NCBI GenBank assembly: GCA_018065965.1 | Contig: JAGHSH010000095.1 | Location: forward strand, 1 to 32,266 | Length of the DNA stretch: 32,266 nt | Source of the DNA: Candidatus Apopatocola equi | Lineage (GTDB): Bacteria > Bacillota > Clostridia > Oscillospirales > Oscillospiraceae | Direction: 5' to 3' | Shown: positions 16,745 to 23,573 of the stretch, in pieces | How positions within the stretch are numbered: position 1 is the stretch's first letter | Layout: every line of letters starts with the position of its first letter | Made by a program: the position numbers and the translations under genes | The notes under the pieces: model-generated | Databases searched by the model: none | Told to the model about the DNA's origin: nothing | What the model saw: only the letters and a program-made list of their open reading frames with translations

Positions 16745-17052
16745 ACCGTATAGAATCCTGTCTCACTGTCGTAGTAATACCCCCGGTAGCGGAGCGGGTT
16801 CCGGGCGGTCACATCGGCGTCATATCCCCCGGTGGTGAGGATGTTGCCCCAGGCGTCATAGGTGTAGGTCGCTGCCTCGCTGCCCTCGCAGTCCAGCACC
16901 GCCATAATGTCGCCCTGCTGGTTCTTCACATAGGTGTACTCGCCGTAGGCCTCGCCGAGATACCGTTTGAAACCGAGAACATCCCCGTTCTGGTCATAGC
17001 GGCCGTGCGCCCGAAGCCGTCATACGTGAAGTGCTTTTTCAGGTTGACTGTA
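16741..17052 (-). pseudogene. RHS/YD-repeat core fragment, frameshifted and truncated at both ends
   Basis: One frame gives LKKHFTYDGFGR; the other gives GRYDQNGDVLGFKRYLGEAYGEYTYVKNQQGDIMAVLDCEGSEAATYTYDAWGNILTT...NPLRYRGYYYDSETGFY, then TV*. It lacks the YYxxxRYYDPxxGRF / DPxGL end of an RHS core. GC is host-like. Confidence 0.8.
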
Positions 17053-17059
17053 CTATGGC

Positions 17060-17536
17060 TCAGATCATTTTCTTGAAGTAGGAACAAGCGCTTCTCTCGT
17101 CCGAAGACATCGGCCCAAAGTGCGGCAGATCAAAAAGCACTTTAACATTGATCCAATCTAAAGGAACGCTAACAAGTTTTTTTCTGGTTGAATACTCATA
17201 CAATTGTATGTGGTAAGTCCGAGATCCCCATGGGATAATCAGAATCCATCGTACGGTACCCCTTGGATACTGCTTTACGCGACCAAAAGTGCCATAAAGA
17301 AATACTGAGTCTTGAGAAAGGATAATTTTCCATTGATAATAACGCAATATCATATGAAGCATTGCATATAGCAACGGAACGACAATAAACACAATATAAT
17401 AAAGAACATACCTGAAATCATCCGCACCCCAACCAATTGCTCCCATAAGTAAAAACAAGAGTAAAGCAAGCGCAAGGTACTTTATATCTTTTCCACTGGC
17501 ACGCACCACTTCATACTGCTTCATCTGCATAGACAT
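17060..17536 (-). CDS. two-TM membrane protein (YdbS/bPH-like architecture), immunity candidate
   Basis: Two N-terminal TM helices are followed by a beta-rich soluble part. The start overlaps the upstream ORF's stop (ATG 17536, or ATGA at 17521-17524). Confidence 0.55.
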   Translation of the reverse strand: MSMQMKQYEVVRASGKDIKYLALALLLFLLMGAIGWGADDFRYVLYYIVFIVVPLLYAMLHMILRYYQWKIILSQDSVFLYGTFGRVKQYPRGTVRWILIIPWGSRTYHIQLYEYSTRKKLVSVPLDWINVKVLFDLPHFGPMSSDERSACSYFKKMI

Positions 17537-17874
17537 TGTACCACTACCGTATTTCCAGTATTTCCAACGACAGACCCAAGAAAGTATTTGCCAGTCGTTA
17601 TTAGACTTTCAAGAGCATAAACTCTTTCAAAGTTTTGAGCAGCTTGTTTTACTGCTTTCCTTGCTGTTGACCCAACAAACTTCATTCCGCTCTTAGAAGC
17701 TTCGATTATTTCATTCAGTTGACCTGTTGCCTTTACGAGATTGCCTTTAGAACGACGAATACCATTGCCTCCAATCAATCCACTAACGAATCCCGCACCG
17801 GCTCCGTCTCTCTCCACCACGCGCGTCAGCCTGTTACCTGTATCATAATAGAAACGCTGAGAAGATGCAAGGGT
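17521..17874 (-). pseudogene. YD-repeat fragment fused to an unrecognised ~95-aa low-GC C-terminal domain (orphan toxin tip candidate)
   Basis: The frame is open from 17874: TLASSQRFYYDTGNRLTRVVERDG (host GC), then AGAGFVSGLIGGNGIRRSKGNLVKATGQLNEIIEASKSGMKFVG... (low GC). The only start codon is GTG 17820 and it has no RBS. Confidence 0.55.
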
Positions 17875-17902
17875 TCAGCCCCGGAAAAGAGCGTTGTCCA
17901 CG

Positions 17903-17935
17903 CAAAAACCCGCCGCCCTGCGGGCAGCGGGTTTC
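17903..17935 (-). terminator. terminator of the ZIP transporter gene
   Basis: Minus strand: AAACCCGC...GCGGGTTT stem followed by TTTTT (plus-strand A-run 17904-17908). Confidence 0.7.
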
Positions 17936-17957
17936 GCCTTATCGTTTTTTCGCGGGC

Positions 17958-18812
17958 TCACACATATACCAGCAGCAGGCCGGTCAGCGTCCCCACCAGT
18001 GCCATGGCGCCGGGAGCCTTGCTCCGCCAGCTCAGGAAGCTCTCGGGGAAAAGCTCACCGAAGACCACATAGAGCATCGCGCCGCCGGCAAAGCTCAGCG
18101 CCAGCGAGAGCCACACCGGGGAGATCAGACCCAGCGAGTAGCCCAGAGCCGCACCGAGAATGGTGGGGGCGCCGCTGAGCGCCGTGATGCCGATGGCCTT
18201 CCACTTGTTCATACCGCCGGAGATCAGCGGCACGGAGACCGCCATACCCTCGGGGATATTATGCAGACCGATGACCAGAGCGATCACAAAGCCGGAGCCC
18301 TGGGTGACCGCGCCGGGATTGCCCGCATAGGTCGCGCCGATGACCATGCCCTCGGGCATATTGTGCAGGGCGATGGCCGTGGCCATCACCAGTCCGGCCA
18401 CGAACAGACCCGAGCGGGGATCGGTCTCCTTGTGCATATTATAGTGATCCGCATGGATCAGCTCATCCAGTGCATCGGCAGTCTGCGGATGGTTCTCGTC
18501 GATGTGCTTGAGCTCCGGGTTGGTGGCCGCGTCGATCATCCGGTTCAAAGCCGCCACCAGCGCATAGCCTGTCGCCACGCCGCCGATAACGAACCAGACG
18601 GGAAAGCTCTCGCGGGCCCCCTCCGGCTGAAAGGCATCCGGAATCAGATCGAAGCACACCACCGCCATCATCACGCCCCCGGCAAAGGCCAGCAGCAGGG
18701 AGATGACCTTGGAGGAATCCCGGCGCAGCACCGCGCCCACATAACCGCCCAGACCCGTACCGCCTACGCCCGCTATCGCCGTGATCGCAATGATCCATCC
18801 CAGTGCGTTCAT
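17958..18812 (-). CDS. zupT: ZIP family (ZupT-like) metal transporter
   Basis: Start moved to ATG 18812 (MNALGWIIAITAIAGVGG; RBS GGGAG). ZIP signatures HNMPEG and HNIPEG are present. Confidence 0.85.
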   Translation of the reverse strand: MNALGWIIAITAIAGVGGTGLGGYVGAVLRRDSSKVISLLLAFAGGVMMAVVCFDLIPDAFQPEGARESFPVWFVIGGVATGYALVAALNRMIDAATNPELKHIDENHPQTADALDELIHADHYNMHKETDPRSGLFVAGLVMATAIALHNMPEGMVIGATYAGNPGAVTQGSGFVIALVIGLHNIPEGMAVSVPLISGGMNKWKAIGITALSGAPTILGAALGYSLGLISPVWLSLALSFAGGAMLYVVFGELFPESFLSWRSKAPGAMALVGTLTGLLLVYV

Positions 18813-18855
18813 AATCCGTCTCCCTTCGCAGAGCAGCTTCATTCTTTTCCCCGTC

Positions 18856-18884
18856 ATTATAGTTAGCTTATGCTAACATGTCAA
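18856..18884 (-). promoter_or_regulatory. sigma-A promoter with a palindromic operator in the spacer
   Basis: Minus strand: TTGACA (18884-18879), 17-nt spacer, TATAAT (18861-18856). The spacer contains the palindrome GTTAGC-TTAT-GCTAAC (18862-18877). Confidence 0.6.
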
Positions 18885-18894
18885 GAGGGGAAAT

Positions 18895-18932
18895 AAAAAA
18901 AGAGAGCTGCGGCCGGCAGTTCTCTTTTTTTC
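18895..18932. terminator. hairpin terminator flanked by A- and T-runs
   Basis: AAAAAAAGAGAGCTGCGGCCGGCAGTTCTCTTTTTTT lies downstream of the 18949-19461 gene. Confidence 0.6.
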
Positions 18933-18948
18933 AGTCTATGTGCGCTGC

Positions 18949-19461
18949 TCACGCAATATGAATCAGCTTCTGCGACACACGGAGGTTGACCTCCAGATAA
19001 TACTTGAGCTCCTCGTCGCTCATATCGTCCTCGTCCCACTGCTCAAAGGACTTGTCCATCTCCTCCGTTTTGGAGAGGAGATCCATGTACTGCGTCAGCA
19101 GCGACAGGTCGGTGGGGTTGGCGCTGTATTTCTTCATCAGGGCGATGTACTCGTCATAGAAGGCCTCGTAGCTGTCCATGGCGGCCTTGAACTCAGGGCG
19201 GATGCCGCTGCGCACAGGCGTTTTCTCCTCCGCGCTCTCCTCTTTGCTCTCTGCTTCCGGCATTTCTTCGCTTTCCGCTTCGCTCTCCGGCTCCGCCGTG
19301 AGTTCCGGCTCCCGGACAGGAGCGGCGGTCACGGTCGGCCGGGCAGGCTCCGTCCTCTTTGAAACGGCTGCGCCGCCGTCTCTTCTGCCGAAGGCATATA
19401 CGAGCAGCAGGATCACGAGCAGGAGCAGGATGCGGAAAAGACCGCCTTTCTTCTTTTTCAT
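18949..19461 (-). CDS. membrane-anchored hypothetical protein with an acidic low-complexity linker
   Basis: MKKKKGGLFRILLLLVILLLVYAF signal/anchor, a PE/SE-rich linker, then a C-terminal helical domain. Confidence 0.65.
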   Translation of the reverse strand: MKKKKGGLFRILLLLVILLLVYAFGRRDGGAAVSKRTEPARPTVTAAPVREPELTAEPESEAESEEMPEAESKEESAEEKTPVRSGIRPEFKAAMDSYEAFYDEYIALMKKYSANPTDLSLLTQYMDLLSKTEEMDKSFEQWDEDDMSDEELKYYLEVNLRVSQKLIHIA

Positions 19462-19531
19462 CTGTGTGTACCTCCGTTTTGTTTTTCAAAGTGAGCGTGT
19501 GTCGGTGAGAGGGGAAAGACCTTCTCCGGCG

Positions 19532-19828
19532 CTACTCGGCTTCTTCCGCGGTTTTCGCCTCGGCAATAAACTGCCGGATGCGCCTGTCGGAATAGCCGAA
19601 GAGTCTGGACAGCTCCCGCACGGAGGTATCCGGATAATGCTCCCGTACGTAGCTGCGGACATAGTCGGGGTTATAGAGCTTCTGGGGGAAGACGATCATC
19701 TGTCCCCGCAGGAGCCGGAAGAGTCTGACCGCCGTTTCGCAGTCGATCTGCTCGGCGATCTCTCCATAGATGCCGGCGAAAGAATCCGGTGACACCGCCT
19801 CCATCCCTCCTTTCATTCTCCGCTTCAT
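19532..19828 (-). CDS. Mor-family transcriptional activator-like small DNA-binding protein
   Basis: The pattern IYGEIAEQIDCETAVRLFRLLRGQMIVFPQKLYNPDYVRSYVREHY...VRELSRLFGYSDRRIRQFI fits the Mor family. Start chosen at ATG 19828 (RBS GGGAGGGAGG). The gene ends in TAG. Confidence 0.6.
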   Translation of the reverse strand: MKRRMKGGMEAVSPDSFAGIYGEIAEQIDCETAVRLFRLLRGQMIVFPQKLYNPDYVRSYVREHYPDTSVRELSRLFGYSDRRIRQFIAEAKTAEEAE

Positions 19829-19934
19829 GTCCGGCTCGCCTCCCTCCCGTAACAGTATAGGCGCAGGAGGAGAGCCGTTTCTATCCGAAAGCGGCACTGG
19901 TAATATGCATGGAAATCTGCCTGTGAAAACAGCC

Positions 19935-20000
19935 GAAAAAAGCTGTCCCCTTCGCGCACACGCTCATAGGAGCGTGTGTAAATTTCGCGAAAGGGACAGC
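19935..20000 (-). terminator. long nested-hairpin terminator after the sulfite-reductase-like gene
   Basis: Minus strand: GCTGTCCCTTTCGCG...CACACGCTC-CTAT-GAGCGTGTG...CGCGAAGGGGACAGC followed by TTTTTT. Confidence 0.7.
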
Positions 20001-20041
20001 CCTGCATATTCTCTTTTCAGCGCCCGGGGGCGCGGGTATGT

Positions 20042-20971
20042 TTATTTCTTCAGCTCGGCGGAGAGGATCTCGTCCTTCCGCTTCATGACCTCGCCGGATT
20101 CCAGCTGAGCGAGGAAGCTCTCCGCGCCGATGCGCTCGATGTAATCGCCGAAGCGCTCGCCCACCTTGCCCTGATCCCGGAAGAGCAGGATAGAACGCTC
20201 CAGCATTTCCAGCAGCTCATCGTGGGTGAACACCTTGTCCACCACCGTGGGCAGATGACGGCGCTTGCCCCAGAAGCCGCCCACCATGATCTTATAGCCC
20301 CGCTGCTTTTCGCGGACGGCGCCGAAGTTGCAGGCGTCGATGCACTTGCCGCAGCCGGTGCAGCGCTGCGCGTCGATGTGCATCACGCGGTTTTCGTCCA
20401 CGCTTGCCGCCTTCACGGGGCAGGCGTTCACCACGGCGCACTTACGGCACTTCTTGCAGTCATCCTCGCAGTAATCGGGGGTGCGCTGACCCATGATGCC
20501 GAAATCGTTGATGTCGGGCTTGGCGCAGTTATTGGGGCAGCCGCCGATGCCGATCTTGAACTTGTGGGGCAGCGTCACGCCGTGCCAGCCGAGATAGAAC
20601 TTTTCGTGGAGCTCCCGGGCCAGCGCCTGGGTATCGATGAGACCGTGGGTGCAGACGGTACCCTTGCAGCAGACGATGGGGCGCACCTTATTGCCCGTGC
20701 CGCCGGTGGTAAGACCGTGCTCCTCCAGGAAGGCACAGAAGGGCTCGATATTCTCATAGGGGATGCCCTGTACCTCCACCTGCAGGCGGGTGGTGAGCGC
20801 CACATTGCCATTGCCGAACTTTTCGGCAGCCTCGGTGAGCGTGCGGAGCTCATCGGCGTTAAGAACGCCGTCCACGGTCAGGACGCGGGCGGCATAGTGC
20901 TCCCCGTCCCGCAGGCAGATGATACCGCGGCCCTTGAGTGCCTTCTTCACTTCTGCTGTTACTTCTGTCAT
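20042..20971 (-). CDS. small sulfite/nitrite-reductase-family protein with inserted 2x[4Fe-4S] ferredoxin domain (AsrC/DsrA-like)
   Basis: Siroheme-[4Fe-4S] cysteine motifs CCKGTVCTHG and GGCPNNCAKP, plus ferredoxin motifs CKKCRKCAVVNACP and CTGCGKCIDAC. Confidence 0.75.
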   Translation of the reverse strand: MTEVTAEVKKALKGRGIICLRDGEHYAARVLTVDGVLNADELRTLTEAAEKFGNGNVALTTRLQVEVQGIPYENIEPFCAFLEEHGLTTGGTGNKVRPIVCCKGTVCTHGLIDTQALARELHEKFYLGWHGVTLPHKFKIGIGGCPNNCAKPDINDFGIMGQRTPDYCEDDCKKCRKCAVVNACPVKAASVDENRVMHIDAQRCTGCGKCIDACNFGAVREKQRGYKIMVGGFWGKRRHLPTVVDKVFTHDELLEMLERSILLFRDQGKVGERFGDYIERIGAESFLAQLESGEVMKRKDEILSAELKK

Positions 20972-21019
20972 GGTGTTACCCTCCCATTTTTCTATTTCGG
21001 TTCTCTTTTTCTGTTCTGC

Positions 21020-21328
21020 TCAGAGCATGGCCTCCAGCTGTGCCTTGGGGCGAACACCCACGGAAGAGGCCGTTACTTTTCCGTCCTTCATGACCGCCAC
21101 GGTGGGAATGCTGCTCACCCGGAAGGCGGCGGCCAGCTCCGGCTGCTCGTCCACATTGACCTTGCAGACCTTCACCCGGCCGGCATATTCCTCCGCCAGC
21201 TCCGCGACGGTGGGGGCGAGCATTCTGCAGGGGCCGCACCATTCCGCCCAGAAGTCGATGAGAACGGGGATGGGGCTCTCCATGACCTCGCTCTGAAAGT
21301 TTTCCTTCGTGATCGTAATTTCAGCCAT
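21020..21328 (-). CDS. trxA: thioredoxin
   Basis: Start moved to ATG 21328 (MAEITITKENFQSEV). WCGPC active site. 102 aa. Confidence 0.9.
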   Translation of the reverse strand: MAEITITKENFQSEVMESPIPVLIDFWAEWCGPCRMLAPTVAELAEEYAGRVKVCKVNVDEQPELAAAFRVSSIPTVAVMKDGKVTASSVGVRPKAQLEAML

Positions 21329-21452
21329 TGCGCACTCTCCTTGTCCTGTTTTACTATAGCTTGCCCGCGTCTTCACGGTTTATCTGTCATGTCATCAGCA
21401 ATTATCTCTGTCTGTGTACAGCTTACCGCAAAAGGGGCCGGATTGCAAGAGG

Positions 21453-21499
21453 AAAAAGGCCGCCCCGCTCTCCTTTGCGGGGAAAGGAAGCGGGGCGGC
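21453..21499 (-). terminator. terminator of the rubrerythrin gene
   Basis: Stem GCCGCCCCGC (21459-21468) / GCGGGGCGGC (21490-21499). A minus-strand T-rich run (CTTTTTCC) follows the hairpin. Confidence 0.7.
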
Positions 21500-21522
21500 G
21501 GGCAGGGAAACAGGGCACAGGA

Positions 21523-22059
21523 TCAGTAATTGTCCGTATGCACCTCAAAGTAGCTCTGGGGATGGGCGCAGACGGGGCAGGCGGCGGGAGCCTTGGTGCC
21601 GATGACGATGAGACCGCAGTTGCGGCACTCCCACACCTTGACCTCGCTCTTCTCAAAGACCTGCGCAGTCTCGATGTTCTTCAGCAGGGCGCGGTAGCGC
21701 TCATCGTGGCGCTTCTCGATGGCGGCGACCATGCGGAACTTGGCAGCCAGACCCTGGAAGCCCGCCTCCTCGGCGGTCTTGGCAAAGCCCTCGTATATAT
21801 CGGTCCACTCGTAGTTCTCGCCGGCGGCGGCGGCAGCCAGATTGGCGGCGGTATCGCCGATGCCCTCCAGCTCCTTGAACCACATCTTGGCGTGTTCCTT
21901 CTCGTTGTCAGCCGTCTTGAGGAAGAGCTCGCTCATCTGCTCGTAGCCTTCCTTCTTGGCCACAGAGGCAAAGTAGGTGTACTTGTTGCGGGCCTGAGAC
22001 TCGCCGGCAAAGGCGGCCTCCAGATTCTTCTCAGTCTGAGTTCCTGCATACTTGCTCAT
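21523..22059 (-). CDS. rbr: rubrerythrin
   Basis: Di-iron ExxH helices ([17 protein letters not shown]) and a C-terminal rubredoxin-like CRNCG...CPVC. Confidence 0.9.
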   Translation of the reverse strand: MSKYAGTQTEKNLEAAFAGESQARNKYTYFASVAKKEGYEQMSELFLKTADNEKEHAKMWFKELEGIGDTAANLAAAAAGENYEWTDIYEGFAKTAEEAGFQGLAAKFRMVAAIEKRHDERYRALLKNIETAQVFEKSEVKVWECRNCGLIVIGTKAPAACPVCAHPQSYFEVHTDNY

Positions 22060-22263
22060 AAAATAAACCTCCTGTATGGAATGATAAGCATTTCAGCGGA
22101 GCCGGGTTTTCACCGCTCTCCGGTTTATTATCCCATATTTTCCCTCGGAAATCAAGTTTTTTCCGCAGTGCCGCGGAAACGTGCATATTTTCAGGTTGCG
22201 GAATCCGAAAGAATATTGTACAATAGTCGGTATATTACGATTGCACAGGAGTCTCTTTTCCCC

Positions 22264-23208
22264 ATGGAACACTCTGCTCCCCAAAAGCTCTGGACCCGGG
22301 ATTTTACCATCATCACACTGGGCAGCCTTGTGTCCATGATGGGCAATTCCATGTCAGGCTTTGCCCTGAGCCTGCTGGTGCTGGACTATACCGGCTCTAC
22401 CCTGCTCTATGCCGTTTACACCGTGGCGTTTACGGCGCCGTCCTTTATTATGCCTCTTTTCTCCGGGGCTATCCTCGACCGGTTTTCCCGGAAAAAGACC
22501 ATCTATACGCTGGATTTCACCTCTGCGGGTATTTATCTGCTGGCGGCGCTGCTGCTGCGCAGCGGGGCGTTCAATTTCGCATGGCTGGCCGCGGGCTGCT
22601 TTGTGGTCGGCACCGTCAACAGCGTTTACTGGATCGCCTACGAGAGCTTTTACCCCATGCTCATTACTCCCGGGAACTATTCCAAGGCCTATTCCATCGG
22701 CAGCGTGCTGGAAACGCTCTCGGCGGTGATGGTGCCTGTCTCCACCTGGCTCTACAAGCTGGTGGGCGCCATGGCGCTCATGGGCCGTGCGCTGGGCGGC
22801 GGTCTGAACTACCGCTTCACCCTGCCCGCCCGGAGCCGCTGGGCCGTGGCGCTGGGCGTATACTGCATCATCAATCTGCTTTTCGGCACCTACCTCTATA
22901 TGCCGCTGCCGGTGATGCTGCTCTTCAATTTCCTCTCCGGGCTGCTGGGCGTGACCAGCTATACCATCCGCGTTTCCGCCACCTCCGCCTATGTGCCCGA
23001 TGAGCGCAAGGGCCGCTTCAACGGAGCCTTCGCCATGCTCAACACCGGCGGCATGCTGGCCGGGGAGCTGCTGGCGGGACTGCTGACGGAGGTATTCCCC
23101 CAGCGCGCCGTACACGCCTCCTTCTACGCCCTGACCTTTCTGGCCGCTCTGATCCTGATCGGCGGCGGGCGCAGGAGCGTGTCTGCCATCTACAACAATG
23201 TACAGTGA
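22264..23208 (+). CDS. MFS transporter (314 aa, shorter than the usual ~400-aa 12-TM form)
   Basis: Real start is ATG 22264 (MEHSAPQKLWTRDFTIITLGSLVSMMGNS...LFSGAILDRFSRKK). The 21328-22263 part of the track ORF is antisense to rbr. Confidence 0.7.
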   Translation: MEHSAPQKLWTRDFTIITLGSLVSMMGNSMSGFALSLLVLDYTGSTLLYAVYTVAFTAPSFIMPLFSGAILDRFSRKKTIYTLDFTSAGIYLLAALLLRSGAFNFAWLAAGCFVVGTVNSVYWIAYESFYPMLITPGNYSKAYSIGSVLETLSAVMVPVSTWLYKLVGAMALMGRALGGGLNYRFTLPARSRWAVALGVYCIINLLFGTYLYMPLPVMLLFNFLSGLLGVTSYTIRVSATSAYVPDERKGRFNGAFAMLNTGGMLAGELLAGLLTEVFPQRAVHASFYALTFLAALILIGGGRRSVSAIYNNVQ

Positions 23209-23240
23209 CCGATTCTGAAATCATTTTTGGAGGACAGTTC

Positions 23241-23358
23241 CATGAAATTTTCCCAGATGCCCTATGAGCGTCCCGACATGGAGGCTCTCAAGCAGCAGTT
23301 CACCGCTCTGACCGAGCGGCTCCGGGCAGCGGAGAGCTATGAGGCTGCCCCGGCGTGA
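23241..23358 (+). pseudogene. N-terminal remnant of an M3 (PepF-type) oligoendopeptidase, frameshifted and truncated
   Basis: RBS GGAGGA plus ATG 23241 gives MKFSQMPYERPDM. After one extra G, the +1 frame continues EALKQQFTALTERLRAAESYEAA and stops at 23356-23358. Confidence 0.5.
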
Positions 23359-23524
23359 GGAGGAAGATTCCGAGCGTCCCCCCTGGGATCAGAGCGGACG
23401 CTGGAGCGGCCGGGAACGCCGCAGCGCCCTGTGGGGCGCCCTCAGCGCCTCGCTGCTGGTCGGCACGGCCTACGCAGCCGGGCTGGGACTGGTCATTTTC
23501 CTGCTGACGCTGCTTTTCCGATAA
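23339..23524 (+). CDS. questionable 61-aa ORF with a C-terminal TM helix
   Basis: Arg/Glu-rich N-terminus, then LLVGTAYAAGLGLVIFLLTLLF. It overlaps the pepF remnant and has no clear RBS. Confidence 0.25.
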   Translation: MRLPRREEEDSERPPWDQSGRWSGRERRSALWGALSASLLVGTAYAAGLGLVIFLLTLLFR

Positions 23525-23532
23525 AGATACGA

Positions 23533-23571
23533 CTGCCCGATGCAGGAGCTTTCCTGCATCGGGCAGTTTTG
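23533..23571. terminator. bidirectional terminator
   Basis: Stem CTGCCCGATGCAGG (23533-23546) / CCTGCATCGGGCAG (23554-23567), then TTTT. Confidence 0.8.
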
Positions 23572-23573
23572 TA

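Noticed and set aside
22205-22230. 10-bp palindrome ATTGTACAAT in the rbr/MFS divergent intergenic region as a PerR or Rex box
   Set aside because: It does not match the PerR/Fur 7-1-7 motif or the Rex TTGTGAA-N4-TTCACAA motif as I recall them. It is too short to distinguish from chance.
21328-22263. N-terminal 312-aa extension of the MFS ORF (track ORF 21328-23208)
   Set aside because: The extension runs antisense through rubrerythrin and the trxA promoter region. The MFS-like sequence begins only at ATG 22264.
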